Made by a program: the position numbers and the translations under genes. From positions 64,001 to 128,000 of the forward strand of contig CAVRAO010000002.1 of NCBI GenBank assembly GCA_963719035.1: a DNA stretch of 64,000 nucleotides, in the 5' to 3' direction. The stretch comes from Methanobacteriota archaeon (GTDB lineage Archaea; Halobacteriota; Bog-38; Methanoflorentales; Methanoflorentaceae). The notes under the pieces were generated by a model. That model searched no databases. It saw nothing but the letters and a program-made list of their open reading frames with translations, and was not told where the DNA came from. This document shows positions 32,030 to 42,508 of this stretch, one piece after another (positions within the stretch are counted from its first letter, which is position 1; every line of letters starts with the position of its first letter).

Positions 32030-32111
32030 ACCCCTGCGAGGCAAAAGCCTCACCAGCTGTCTGATTGCGAGACCTCCAGGCTGGCGCCGTAGTCCACTTG
32101 GCTACCTCGGC
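32011..32111 (-). tRNA. tRNA-Ser(GGA) with 15-nt intron at 37/38
   Basis: CCAGC-CTGGAG[GTCTCGCAATCAGAC]A-GCTGG; long variable arm. Confidence 0.9.
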
Positions 32112-32119
32112 ACATTAGA

Positions 32120-32192
32120 TGCGCTAGCCGGGATTCGAACCCGGGTTTGAGGCTTGGCAAGCCTCAGTGATAACCAACTACACTACCAGCGC
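32120..32192 (-). tRNA. tRNA-Gly(GCC)
   Basis: Anticodon arm GAGGC-TTGCCAA-GCCTC. Confidence 0.95.
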
Positions 32193-32452
32193 AAAAATCG
32201 AGCATGCGATAATGCAAGCGTATCTATATAAAAGTTCACACGCAACGGCAGAGATTTTGCGGCAGTTTGGCGAAGGAGAGCTCGCTGTCGCCTGCTTATC
32301 TAACTAGATGAGGTCACTTGTAACCTTCAAGCTTAACTTCAACTTGTATGCAAAGCCGGAGTGAAAGGACTTCGTTGATCGGTTAGCGCCGCTGTTGCCA
32401 GAACAACAGAAGAAGTGAGAGTCACTTTTCTATGTCGACTACTTGTTGAAAA

Positions 32453-32526
32453 TGCCCCAGCCCGGATTTGAACCGGGGACAACCAGATCTTCAGTCTGGC
32501 GCTCTCCCAGGCTGAGCTACTGGAGC
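32453..32526 (-). tRNA. tRNA-Phe(GAA)
   Basis: Anticodon arm CCAGA-CTGAAGA-TCTGG. Confidence 0.95.
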
Positions 32527-32541
32527 GTCTTGTCGTATGAG

Positions 32542-32615
32542 TCCCGCCTCCCCGATTTGAACGGGGGACAAATCGGTCTACAGCCGACCACTCTGCCAGA
32601 CTGAGTTAAGGCGGG
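32542..32615 (-). tRNA. tRNA-Tyr(GTA)
   Basis: Anticodon arm GTCGG-CTGTAGA-CCGAT; C1-G72 pair. Confidence 0.95.
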
Positions 32616-32782
32616 TAACGACAGTATTACTGCCGTTATTACTTATTCTTTACTGTGTTCAGCTGACGACCTTAAAATTGCTATATCTTTCTATTTTCAG
32701 GTAGTTTGATGAGCCATTTTTGTGATTAAAGAATATGCTGGAATTTTTATCGTTCGATCATATAAAAAAGTGATAACGGAAG

Positions 32783-32893
32783 TTTAATAAGGTAATAGGG
32801 TGAATCGAAGTCAGACAAGTAACTGACGTGCGTCTGACAAATGGCAGCTTTTTGTGGTCTCTTAGGCAGACAGAAGTCAGCTTTCCGTCTGAC
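32783..32893 (+). promoter_or_regulatory. Putative cdrS-ftsZ promoter (TATA-like TTTAATAA) followed by an 11-bp-periodic GTCWGAC-like array
   Basis: Heptamers start at 32810, 32821, 32832, 32843, 32865, 32876, 32887. Confidence 0.6.
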
Positions 32894-32917
32894 GCGCCAT
32901 ACTTCCAGATAATTGCC

Positions 32918-33094
32918 ATGGAGCGAATTACCCTAAGATTGCCCAAACAACAGCTTGAACTAATAGATTTGCTAGTGACAGCGGGAGAATTTCCCTCAAA
33001 GAGCGAAGCTATACGAGCAGCGGTTCGGGACTTAGTTGATACCCATTACGAGAAGATTCTGAGTAGAAAAGAACGAAGTTCAGTCTTGATTTAG
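32918..33094 (+). CDS. cdrS: Ribbon-helix-helix cell-division regulator CdrS
   Basis: MERITLRLP...[17 protein letters not shown]; directly upstream of ftsZ. Confidence 0.85.
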   Translation: MERITLRLPKQQLELIDLLVTAGEFPSKSEAIRAAVRDLVDTHYEKILSRKERSSVLI

Positions 33095-33111
33095 AAGAGG
33101 TGACGGTGTAT

Positions 33112-34260
33112 ATGCAAAGTATTGTAGAAGAGGCTTTGCGGCGATGCGAGATGGAAAAGCAACGACCCCAGATGCCCCAAGGTGACAAAGAAGAGGAATT
33201 TGGAGCGCCTCGAATACTCATTGTTGGCTGCGGAGGAGCTGGCAACAACACAATCAACCGACTCTATAATATCGGAGTCGAAGGAGCAGAAACAATTGCG
33301 CTCAACACTGACAAGCAACATCTCGACATGATCGAGTCGGACGTGAAGGTCTTAGTTGGCCTATCGATAACCAACGGTTTAGGCGCGGGAGGTGATCCAG
33401 AGGTCGGACGATGTGCGACCGAGTTAGGTCGCCGAACGTTAGAAACGCTCCTCAAAGACGCCGATCTCGTGTTTATAACGGCAGGGATGGGCGGTGGTAC
33501 AGGCACTGGCGCGGCCCCTATTGTCGCACAGATCGCAAACGCTCAAGGTGCTATTGTCGTAGCAATGGTTTCAACCCCATTCAACGTCGAAAGAGCGCGG
33601 TTGATCAAGGCCGAAGAAGGGCTTGAACTCTTGCGGAAAGATGCCGATACGGTGATTGTTCTTGATAATAATCGTCTTCTTGATTACGTGCCTAACTTGC
33701 CGATTGACCAGGCATTTTCAGTGATGGATCAGATTATCGCCGAGACCGTAAAGGGGATCTCTGAAACAATCACACAACCTTCTCTGATAAATCTTGACTA
33801 CGCGGACGTCCGAACAATAATGAACAGCGGTGGCGTTGCTGCTATGCTTGTCGGTGAGTCGGGAAGCAAAGATAAGGCACGAGACGTAGTCCGTGAAGCA
33901 TTTAACCACCCGTTACTTGAAGTCGACTTCCGCGGTGCAAAAGGAGCGTTGATCCATATCACGGGCGGGCCTGATTTAACGCTAAAGGAGGCCGAGGAGA
34001 TCTCTAAGGCCCTCACCTCGCAGTTAGATCCTAACGCAAACGTAATTTGGGGCGCGCGTATTCTGGAGGGTTATGAGGGGCGTGTGCGAGTAATGTCTAT
34101 TGTGACTGGGGTACAATCTGCTCAAGTCTTAGGGCCGACCAATGGTGAGCTTTTCAAGTTTCAAAGCGCGAAACACAGTGCAGGTAGCGTTAAGAAGGGA
34201 ACAAGCATCAGAGATTATAATCGTGAGCTTGAATACAGCGAAATTGACAATATCTTTTAG
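33112..34260 (+). CDS. ftsZ: Cell division protein FtsZ (FtsZ2 type by context)
   Basis: [25 protein letters not shown] motifs. Confidence 0.97.
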   Translation: MQSIVEEALRRCEMEKQRPQMPQGDKEEEFGAPRILIVGCGGAGNNTINRLYNIGVEGAETIALNTDKQHLDMIESDVKVLVGLSITNGLGAGGDPEVGRCATELGRRTLETLLKDADLVFITAGMGGGTGTGAAPIVAQIANAQGAIVVAMVSTPFNVERARLIKAEEGLELLRKDADTVIVLDNNRLLDYVPNLPIDQAFSVMDQIIAETVKGISETITQPSLINLDYADVRTIMNSGGVAAMLVGESGSKDKARDVVREAFNHPLLEVDFRGAKGALIHITGGPDLTLKEAEEISKALTSQLDPNANVIWGARILEGYEGRVRVMSIVTGVQSAQVLGPTNGELFKFQSAKHSAGSVKKGTSIRDYNRELEYSEIDNIF

Positions 34261-34301
34261 GCGAACGTAATTCGAGAGCGGTCAACTTTAAAAAATCTCT
34301 T

Positions 34302-35195
34302 TCAGTTGGCCGTGTCTAGATTCGTCGACCGTAACTTCTCAAGGACTTCGCAGCTTTGGCAGAACGTCCGCACTGCGGGTTCGTTGCATCTTGCACATTG
34401 ACCGAGCTTAAAAGGCACGCGTGTCGTCAACTGTAAAATCCTTTCAAGACCTCTTACGAGCGCGTATTTAGTTCCTGGGTGCTTAAGCTCGTGATCGTTT
34501 AACATATCGCGAACTTCGGCTCTAAAAACTCCAGCCGAAAACCTGCACTCATCGAGATTAATTGGAATACCCTTAAGAATAGCATAGAGCGCCACCTCTT
34601 TTTCAGGGACGTATTTGAGCGGTTTTACGCGCCGAACGAGTCCTTCTTTGGCTGGATGGTCAAGCCTGAGTAGCCGATCGATATCTCCTCTTAGGTAGTT
34701 CATTTGTACGGTTTGTGCTTCATCATCAAGATTGTGCCCCGTGGCTAGCGTGGAAGCGCCGACCGCCTTCGCTAGACGGTTGAGAAGTGATCGCCGGAGG
34801 ATGCCACAAACCGTACATGGGCGTTCGTTCACTCCATCGATTCTGACGCCAAAATACTGCTCGAACGATGTCACCTCCCATCCAACGCCGAGCTCTGCAA
34901 CAAGCGTTGCTGCTGATTCGAGTGCTCTCTCGCGATATCCAGTGATGCCCTCATCGATGCTAATTGCTATAATGTCAATGCCACGGCGTGAAAGAAGATC
35001 ATTCAATACGCTCAACGTGACGGCGCTATCCTTTCCGCCGCTCAGTGCAATTGCAAGCGTTCCTTCAATCTTCTCCTTTCGCACCTCTCTCTTGATCTTC
35101 TTTTCTACATCGGCGAAAAAGTGTGACTTACATAAGTGAAGTCCAGAATATCTCTGAAAAAGAATAGCGCTCGCGCTACATTTATCGCACTTCAT
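34302..35195 (-). CDS. tRNA 2-thiolation protein (NcsA/TtuA family)
   Basis: N- and C-terminal Zn fingers; SGGKDS PP-loop; CTVC; TGHNLDDEAQT. Confidence 0.88.
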   Translation of the reverse strand: MKCDKCSASAILFQRYSGLHLCKSHFFADVEKKIKREVRKEKIEGTLAIALSGGKDSAVTLSVLNDLLSRRGIDIIAISIDEGITGYRERALESAATLVAELGVGWEVTSFEQYFGVRIDGVNERPCTVCGILRRSLLNRLAKAVGASTLATGHNLDDEAQTVQMNYLRGDIDRLLRLDHPAKEGLVRRVKPLKYVPEKEVALYAILKGIPINLDECRFSAGVFRAEVRDMLNDHELKHPGTKYALVRGLERILQLTTRVPFKLGQCARCNEPAVRTFCQSCEVLEKLRSTNLDTAN

Positions 35196-35273
35196 TTCCA
35201 ACTTAATCTCTGGACAAATACTAATAAAGTGTTCTGTCACGCGTGACGCAAAACTCAAAGTGGGAGGGCTGCT

Positions 35274-36173
35274 ATGGTACTGCAGGATATTGCGCGCGAA
35301 TTTAGGAATCTGGAACGGTATGATTTTAGGGTATTGCACGGGGTCGAGAGCGCTATGCGTTTTTTTGACTGGGTTCCGGTTGACAATCTGCCCTACTATG
35401 CCCGACTGCCTCCCGAAGAGGTGGGGTACCGAATAGGACGACTTTCAAAATATAAGCTCGTTCAGCGGAAAACGGCCCACTATGTCGGCTATAAACTGAC
35501 CTTTGCAGGGTACGATGCCCTTGGCATTTATACACTCGTTCAGCGCAATGTAATAGAATCCTTCGGATCGAAAGTGGGTGTTGGAAAGGAGTCTGATATT
35601 TATGACGCAGAGCGAGAAAATGGTCAGATCGTTATTGTGAAATTCCACAGAGAGGGCACGACGTTTCGACGTGTAAAACGATCGCGGGGGTATTTTGGTA
35701 AGACTGAACGATGCTCATGGATGCTCACTTCAAGCCTCGCAGCTCAAAGTGAATTTGAGGCTTTAACTAGCCTCTACGATAGTGTCGTTGTTCCGAAGCC
35801 CATTGCCCACAATCGACATGTTGTCGTTATGAGCCTCCTTAACGGACGTGAATTGGGCAACACTACCCTTGAGAATCCAGCCACCGTGCTTCAAAATATT
35901 ATAGTGCAGATCAAATCTGCTTTTGGCTGCGGTGTCGTCCACGCCGATTTAAGTGAGTACAACGTGATTGTGTGTACCACCGAAAAAGTTGCGCTAATTG
36001 ATTGGCCGCAATGGGTACCGGCGTCGCATCCAAATGCAGATGAGCTGCTGTGTAGAGATATAGGCAATATATTGTCTTATTTTGCCAGAAAATATCAAAT
36101 AAAGAAACGAACAGATGATGTTGTTGCATACGTAAAACAGCGCGATGAGGGCGCTGCCAACCACCTCGAATGA
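35274..36173 (+). CDS. rio2: Rio2-type serine/threonine kinase
   Basis: N-terminal wHTH; GVGKESD, HADLSEYN, IDWPQW motifs. Confidence 0.9.
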   Translation: MVLQDIAREFRNLERYDFRVLHGVESAMRFFDWVPVDNLPYYARLPPEEVGYRIGRLSKYKLVQRKTAHYVGYKLTFAGYDALGIYTLVQRNVIESFGSKVGVGKESDIYDAERENGQIVIVKFHREGTTFRRVKRSRGYFGKTERCSWMLTSSLAAQSEFEALTSLYDSVVVPKPIAHNRHVVVMSLLNGRELGNTTLENPATVLQNIIVQIKSAFGCGVVHADLSEYNVIVCTTEKVALIDWPQWVPASHPNADELLCRDIGNILSYFARKYQIKKRTDDVVAYVKQRDEGAANHLE

Positions 36174-36213
36174 TAGGTAAGGTTTTATTTGGACGCGTTG
36201 GAGGTGCGGCACA

Positions 36214-37521
36214 ATTTCAAAAACTCGGCAGAACAGTGGACCTCAGGCCGCGGCGAAAAGGACGTACACGATCGTTGGTATAGACCCAGGGACAACCACT
36301 GCGTTTGCTGTTTTGGATTTGAAAGGCCAGGTCATTAGTATTGCGAGCTCACGATCCTGGGGCTTTCCTGAACTCGTTGGGTTGCTCATCGAGTTAGGGC
36401 ATCCAATCATCATCGCTACGGACAAAAATCCCACACCTGGAACTGTTGATCGAATAAAACGTGCATTCAACGCCATTTTGCATACGCCCGTTTCATCGCT
36501 TTCAGTCGAACAGAAGCTGCGAGATACGAAGCCTTATTCATATGCGAACGAACACGAAAGAGATGCACTCGCTGCGGCAATCGACGCGGTTAGAAGCGTA
36601 AAAAATAAGCTCGAAAGCGTTGAGAAAAAAGCGCCACCCGAGGTCGTGCTCGATGAGCTCCAGATGCTCGTTTTGCGGGGACATACGGTCGATTCTGCCA
36701 TCAATCTGCTTAAAAAGCCCCTAGCTAAGGTAGATAGTAAAGTAGATGGCAAGCAAGAGGGGATCCCTGCCTCTGAGAAAGATCTGCTTGGTCCTGATAT
36801 CCATTATCTCAAAGCGCTGATAAAACGGCAAGACGAGCAAATCAATCGGCTTCTGAGCTATGTCGTTGATTTGAAGCGATCCTTACTGTTAAGCCAAGAG
36901 AAAGTACTCAAACTGCAGAACAAGATTGATATCGTCCGGTCCGAAAATGCGAAGAACGTCAAGTTAAATAAGGAAATCAGTTTCCGGCAGAAGGAAATTG
37001 ACCGTCTTGCAGCGGAACTTGCGCATAGCAAGAGGGTCAATAAGGGCCTACAAAAACGCGCGCAGAAGCTCAAGCAGATCAGAGCAGCTGAGCTCAACAA
37101 GGCGCTTAAGGCCATTAAAATTGTCAAGTTTTTTAATCGAGAAGCGATTCAGGCGGCTGATGAACAGGTAGGGCTTGCAGAAAGCATCATCTTGTTGGAA
37201 GATGCAAGCGGCGGGGGCATAGCGGCTGCAGAGCTGTTGGTCAGCAAAGGAATACGTGCTATCGTTTCGAAAAACGAGATGTCTGATGCAGCCCGGAAAA
37301 TCTTGTTTAGCGCAAACGTTCCGATTTTCTCAACGCGAGAGGTCCCGATACACCGATCTGGCAACCTAATAACGATCGACAAGAATACTCTCGAGTTTAT
37401 GATCGAAAAAGGTCATACGGAAATAGCCAACGCAAAACAACTGGAACGACTTGACCGGCTCGAAACGCTCGTTGAAGTGTACAAGCACGATCGAATGAAA
37501 AACAGTCAGGACAACGACTGA
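36214..37521 (+). CDS. DUF460-domain protein (RNase H-like fold plus coiled coil); start uncertain
   Basis: IVGIDPGTTTA lies in frame upstream of the ORF-track start; HERDALAAA motif. Confidence 0.75.
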   Translation: MSKTRQNSGPQAAAKRTYTIVGIDPGTTTAFAVLDLKGQVISIASSRSWGFPELVGLLIELGHPIIIATDKNPTPGTVDRIKRAFNAILHTPVSSLSVEQKLRDTKPYSYANEHERDALAAAIDAVRSVKNKLESVEKKAPPEVVLDELQMLVLRGHTVDSAINLLKKPLAKVDSKVDGKQEGIPASEKDLLGPDIHYLKALIKRQDEQINRLLSYVVDLKRSLLLSQEKVLKLQNKIDIVRSENAKNVKLNKEISFRQKEIDRLAAELAHSKRVNKGLQKRAQKLKQIRAAELNKALKAIKIVKFFNREAIQAADEQVGLAESIILLEDASGGGIAAAELLVSKGIRAIVSKNEMSDAARKILFSANVPIFSTREVPIHRSGNLITIDKNTLEFMIEKGHTEIANAKQLERLDRLETLVEVYKHDRMKNSQDND

Positions 37522-37557
37522 CACCGTTTTGATATCGTTGTGTGCTGCATACGGTGA

Positions 37558-38115
37558 CTATTGACTGAGTTTCGCGCGCGAACTGACCCGGATGTTTTCA
37601 TAGATGCTCTCGCCGTGAGAGTCTATTGCTACCAACAGTGGGCCGAAGTTTCGCACCTGAAGCTTCCAAACCGCTTCCGTAAAGCCGAGCTCGGCGTAAT
37701 AAACGTCTAAGACCTTTTCGATTCTTTCTTTGGCCAGTATCCCGCAGCCTCCTGGGAAAGCAAGATAGAAGCATCGATCAACGAGGGAGCGGACGACTTC
37801 TGACGACATGCCTCCTTTGCCGATTATTGCAGTTACGCCCTTCTTCACAATTGTGGGCGTCTGTTTGTTCATTCGTGCACTCGTCGTCGGCCCAGCGGCT
37901 ATGATGCGATAAGCGTGCCCCTCTTTTACGATAAGAGGGCCACTATGGTAGATGCATGCATTACGCAAACTGAAGGGCCGCTGGGGATCAGAAAGCATCT
38001 TAGCGTGTGCCTTGTCCCTCGCCGTGAAGATTACGCCGCTGATATAGACTACGTCTCCCACATTAAAAGGGCGTACATCGTCGAGACGTATCGGGGTTTT
38101 TAGTACAGACGACAT
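37558..38115 (-). CDS. Class I fumarate hydratase / tartrate dehydratase beta subunit
   Basis: TARDKAH, GPTTSARM, IGKGG motifs. Confidence 0.88.
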   Translation of the reverse strand: MSSVLKTPIRLDDVRPFNVGDVVYISGVIFTARDKAHAKMLSDPQRPFSLRNACIYHSGPLIVKEGHAYRIIAAGPTTSARMNKQTPTIVKKGVTAIIGKGGMSSEVVRSLVDRCFYLAFPGGCGILAKERIEKVLDVYYAELGFTEAVWKLQVRNFGPLLVAIDSHGESIYENIRVSSRAKLSQ

Positions 38116-38145
38116 AGCATGACGATTCCCCACAAACTGCTTGTA

Positions 38146-38964
38146 TTACAACTTCATCCGGAAACCAGCTTTTCGGTCTGCCCAGCACTGGATAGCCACT
38201 GCGACAGGGAGCATCGCTGTATGACAGGGGGCCTTTTCGACAAAAACGCGCAACGCCGTGGTGCGGCCTCCGAGGCCCATTGGTCCGATGCCGAGATTGT
38301 TGATTTGCTCCAACATTTGTGCTTCAAATGCGTTTTCTTTTTCGTCTAGGGATCGAAAAAGGGTCTTCCTAGCCAACCGCGCAGAACCGTCAAATGTGCT
38401 GCCGATGCCAAGTCCAACGATAATTGGCGGACATGGCTTACCTCCGCTTTCACACACCGTGTTGAGGACGAACGAATTAACATCTTGCGTCGGTTCGAGC
38501 ATTGCTAAGGCGCTTACGTTTTCTGAACCAGCTCCTTTGACGAGCACTGTCACTGACAGTTCGTCCCCATCGCAGATATTATATAAGGTGTCGAAGAGCG
38601 GTTCGTCAGAGCTGACTCTTGTTATCGGATCAACTGCGTGTTCCCTTAAGGGAATTAAATTGGTCGCTCGCTGAATGGCTATCGCGAGCGCCTCTTTGAG
38701 GTTGAAATCGATGCTTGTCTCTCGTCCTATCTCCAAAGAGAAGATTGGAATGCCCGTATCCTGACACATAGGAAGGCCTGCTGCAGCTGCAAGCTTGATA
38801 TTTTCAAGAATTGCGCACAGCAGTTCTTTTGCCCGCTCACTCGTCTCAGCCGTGGCCGCTCTGGCGAGGGCTTCCCTCACATCGCTAGGCAGCTGTGTCT
38901 CGGCTTCTCGAAGTGCGTCTATTGCATGACTTATGAACGTCTCTCTTGCTGACGTACGCTTCAT
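38146..38964 (-). CDS. Class I fumarate hydratase / tartrate dehydratase alpha subunit
   Basis: PMCQDTG, KGAGSEN, PCPP, GIGPMGLGG, QCWA motifs. Confidence 0.9.
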   Translation of the reverse strand: MKRTSARETFISHAIDALREAETQLPSDVREALARAATAETSERAKELLCAILENIKLAAAAGLPMCQDTGIPIFSLEIGRETSIDFNLKEALAIAIQRATNLIPLREHAVDPITRVSSDEPLFDTLYNICDGDELSVTVLVKGAGSENVSALAMLEPTQDVNSFVLNTVCESGGKPCPPIIVGLGIGSTFDGSARLARKTLFRSLDEKENAFEAQMLEQINNLGIGPMGLGGRTTALRVFVEKAPCHTAMLPVAVAIQCWADRKAGFRMKL

Positions 38965-39497
38965 TCGAGATAGTCCATTTGGGAACGTTTGAGTTCTTGT
39001 CTTCTTCTTTCAAGGAAGCTGTAAACAGAAGCGTGTGGGGCTCCCTCTGTAAGCATCTCTATCGCCTTCCTCACGGTCTGAATCTGATCGACGTACCCAA
39101 TGGTGCTCACTGTTTTGCCGTAGATTGACACATTCGCGCCAGTCAGATTTTCGAGCGCCTCTCGAGTCCTACCATCCTTTCCGATCACACGCCCCATAAT
39201 ACGTTTGAGTTCTTTAGGCGTATCGGCAACCTTAGAGACGTCTATAATGTCGAGGGTTATTTGTTCATCCTCGAAAATCCTGAACGCCTTTTCAGGGCTA
39301 AAACCGCGAGCAATGGCTTGAATGACATCTGTTGCGCTCAAGATACTGAGCGAATCGCTTTCGATCGAAACAGTCCCTTCGACGCTATCGATATCAAGCA
39401 CCACTTCACCCTTTTCTTCAATCTCAGCTTTCGTGCTCCCGTGCGTGCCAATGATGACTCCTATACGGTCCTTGGGAATCTTGAGATATTCTTTCAT
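38961..39497 (-). CDS. KH-domain rRNA-processing protein (Dim2/Pno1)
   Basis: Two KH GxxG loops; AIARGFSPEKA. Confidence 0.9.
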   Translation of the reverse strand: MKEYLKIPKDRIGVIIGTHGSTKAEIEEKGEVVLDIDSVEGTVSIESDSLSILSATDVIQAIARGFSPEKAFRIFEDEQITLDIIDVSKVADTPKELKRIMGRVIGKDGRTREALENLTGANVSIYGKTVSTIGYVDQIQTVRKAIEMLTEGAPHASVYSFLERRRQELKRSQMDYLE

Positions 39498-40282
39498 CCT
39501 GTGATCTCTCTTAAAAGCCCGTTCTCTGAAGCCGTTAATCCATGTTCGTTAAAGAACTTGATCACGTTGCTGACGTCCCGGCGTAAAAACTCCTGCGCAC
39601 GAGGGTGCTCTAAAAGCACGGACTGTCCCATATCGATAAATACAGGGTTGCATTGTTCATCGACTAGAATATTGTATTCGCTTAGGTCAGCATGTACTAA
39701 GCGAGCGTCGCTGTAGAGTCTCTTCATAAATTCGATCGTCGTTTGGAAAAATTGTTCGATGTTCGCTACGTTGTTTATCGCCTGCTTCAGAAGCGGAAAG
39801 GCAATCCCATCTTTTCCCATAAATTCCATGACGAGGACATTATCTCTATACTTCACCGGTTCAGGGACGCAAACGCGCGCGTTTAACGCACGCGTCAAGT
39901 TACGAAACTCTTTTTTTGTCCACGCAAAAACTACGTCCTTTTTGGTTTTTTTGACGTGCGCGAATCTATGATCTCCTAAAATATAATCTTGCATAGCCTT
40001 AAAGTCGCTCGTTTTGATTCGATATACTTTAATCGCAAGCTCTCGTTTATCGGGTCCCAAGGCGTGGAAAACGTTTGCCTCTTTGCCAGTCGATATAACC
40101 CCTCCGAGCGCTTGGATCAGCCCGCTGCTTGCGAGGCGATAAAGAACTTTGAGGGTAAGCTCGTCAAATACCTCCTCCCGGACCTTGAAATCGTCTGCCT
40201 CCTTGTTTCGGACGCGGAGTTTGTCAATGTCTCGGTCGATACGCTCTATTTTTTTGTCAATCAGGTCAAACACGTCAGTCAT
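39494..40282 (-). CDS. rio1: Rio1 serine kinase
   Basis: STGKEANV, HADLSEYN, IDMGQSV motifs. Confidence 0.93.
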   Translation of the reverse strand: MTDVFDLIDKKIERIDRDIDKLRVRNKEADDFKVREEVFDELTLKVLYRLASSGLIQALGGVISTGKEANVFHALGPDKRELAIKVYRIKTSDFKAMQDYILGDHRFAHVKKTKKDVVFAWTKKEFRNLTRALNARVCVPEPVKYRDNVLVMEFMGKDGIAFPLLKQAINNVANIEQFFQTTIEFMKRLYSDARLVHADLSEYNILVDEQCNPVFIDMGQSVLLEHPRAQEFLRRDVSNVIKFFNEHGLTASENGLLREITG

Positions 40283-40326
40283 TCACCATTTTATAGACTA
40301 GGGCAGCTCGGCACTTCTTGTGGTTA

Positions 40327-40618
40327 CTACAAGTACCCATTCTTCTTTAGCCATTCAACTTGCGTACCTTGGTACCTCCATAAGATGTCCGCTTTGTTGT
40401 CTTGAAAAGCCCAAGGTACTATAACAAGGACATCTCCTATCCGCAGCCAAACTCGCTTTTTCATTTTGCCCCGAATCCTTCCCATGAGTTTTGCCATCCA
40501 CGGACCGGACTTTCACTCTATTAGCGCCAAGCACGTGTTCAACTATCCCGAAGACCTCAACTAGTTCCTCTCGGGGTAGCCTCACCTTTGCTTGAGGTTC
40601 TTCTCCCAGAAAAAACAC
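40327..40618 (-). CDS. eif1a: Translation initiation factor aIF-1A, frameshift near 40487
   Basis: VRLP...LGANRV, then second frame gives MGRIRGKMKKRVWLRIGD...WRYQGTQVEWLKKNGYL*. Confidence 0.9.
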
Positions 40619-40666
40619 CTCATTTGTACAATCGCAGTAGTACTCTTCTTGTCTCCGGAAACGGGC

Positions 40667-41621
40667 TTAGCCGTTACACAACACGTCGCGAATAGGGCCA
40701 ACGATTCGCTCAGCTATACAGTGCTGCGCCATTTTTAAGATCCAATGGATGAAGTTTGCCAGCAGCATAGTCCATTTCGAGTTTGGAGAACTCTTCGTAC
40801 TCGATCTGACCGCCAAATCGTTTCGGTCGCTCAAGGCTCACTTGTTTGAATTGAGGGAAGATAAAATATCGGTACAATTGGAGTATAGGGTTGCCTTCGG
40901 TGGTTCGTGCCGGGCAATACGCGGAGTCAATCTTCTTTTTTATAGATTCAGATGAGTCTTCGACAGCAATCAGGTTGTCTTTAGACGAGGACATTTTGTT
41001 TGCGTCGAGGCCGAGTAGAATTGGCATGTGTATGCAAACGGGAGATTGAAATCCCATCGAATGCAGCCCTTCGCGTGCTAACATGTGTATCTTTCGCTGG
41101 TCTATGCCACCGACTGCGATGTCTATCTTCAAGTACCCGATATCCGCCGTTTGCATAAGCGGATAGATCATTTGTGACACAACTGGGTCATCTGCGTTTC
41201 TTGACACCTCATCCATGCTGCGCCGAGCTCGGTTTAGAGTAGTGTGCCTCGCTAGTCTTAGAATTAGTTTAGTGTAGTCAGGTTCGAGCTGATAGTCACT
41301 CCCCAGCACGAACCTTGTCTCTTTAGCAAGACCTAAAGCGGTAAAGCACTTCTCGTAGTGGTGCGCCCATTTACCGATTTGGTCCATTGTCCCCTTTTCG
41401 TTCAGATATGCGTGAAGGTCTGCTAGCAGTACTATGACGTCGACGCCACTCGATTGTAGATCTATAAGCTTGTAAGCCGTAAGGAGGTGCCCAAGATGGA
41501 GTTGTCCACTAGGTTCGTAACCCGCATAAGCGGTAATTTGCGTCTCACTGTCAAGCAGGGCAGCTAGCTCATTTTCGGTTACGGCCTCTTCCACATTGTT
41601 CATGACTTGTTCGAACTTCAC
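40667..41621 (-). CDS. tyrS: Tyrosine--tRNA ligase, probable indel near C-terminus (about 40718)
   Basis: GYEPSG.LHLGH, YPLMQ, GGIDQRKIH, KMSSS, LHPLDLK motifs. Confidence 0.93.
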
Positions 41622-41910
41622 GCAGATCACGCTTCTCAATTTAAGGGCTCAAAAACGCCTGCTAAATGTGACGGCCACTAGCCGCGCAGTACGCCTCATG
41701 ACTCGTCTAATATTTATCTAGCTCGGTGCCGTTTGATTTGTATGAGCCAGAAATCCAATCGCAGCGCAATAACGGGCGATAAATCAATGCTCCTTGAAGT
41801 TTCTTATTATTTCGACTAATAGTGAAATTGTTGTAAGACAGCAAGGACCGCAACACCGCTACCGTTCAATCGCCTCGGTGAAAGGGGCAATTTGCAGTTA
41901 AAAATCGTAG

Positions 41911-41988
41911 TGGTGGGCCTGACCGGATTTGAACCGGTGACCGCCCGGTTATGAGCCGGGCGCTCTGACCTGGCTAAGCTACAGGCCC
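41911..41988 (-). tRNA. tRNA with CAT anticodon, probably tRNA-Ile2 (agmatidine type), CCA encoded
   Basis: Anticodon arm CCCGG-CTCATAA-CCGGG; acceptor and D-arm resemble tRNA-Ile(GAT). Confidence 0.85.
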
Positions 41989-41994
41989 CTCAGA

Positions 41995-42067
41995 CGCCGC
42001 CAACAGGGCTCGAACCTGTGACATCGTGGTTAACAGCCACGCACTCTACCAACTGAGTTATGGCGGC
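41995..42067 (-). tRNA. tRNA-Asn(GTT)
   Basis: Anticodon arm CGTGG-CTGTTAA-CCACG. Confidence 0.95.
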
Positions 42068-42159
42068 TTCACATCACTCTAGTGTGTTTAGTTTACTTAA
42101 ACTTTGAGGTCATAGCACCGTTTACGCGACGAGTAACGCTCGTTGCGGGCCTCTTTACC

Positions 42160-42463
42160 TCAGTCTTTTTGAATCTTGATGTTGGTTTTGACTTCGCTAA
42201 GTTTTTTCAGAAACTGATCTAAAATTTGCTCGTAGCTCTGAACAAACTCGGAAATCCTTGAGCTGGTAATTGCGCCGTAAGGTGATGGCTTGATCAGGCC
42301 TTCCTGTTCCAGTATTCGGAGTGAGTAGCGTAACTTTGTACTTGGAATGCCCGGTCATTTCTGACAACTTCGAAATCCCTATGGGTTCGCCAACAACGAC
42401 TGCGTTTAAAACTTCGAGGTGCCTTTCAAGCATTTCTATCTCGTTTTCCAGTCGATCTAACAT
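42160..42463 (-). CDS. Conserved small wHTH protein, +1 indel near 42331
   Basis: LERHLEVL...EPIGI.KLS; removing one base gives KVRYSLRILEQEGLIKPSPYGA. Confidence 0.7.
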
Positions 42464-42508
42464 TACTACCACACGTTTAAATAAATTGATTCTAATCATT
42501 CATATATT

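Noticed and set aside
40710-40712. TGA in tyrS as selenocysteine or readthrough
   Set aside because: The plausible C-terminal continuation is in another frame, so an indel explains it better
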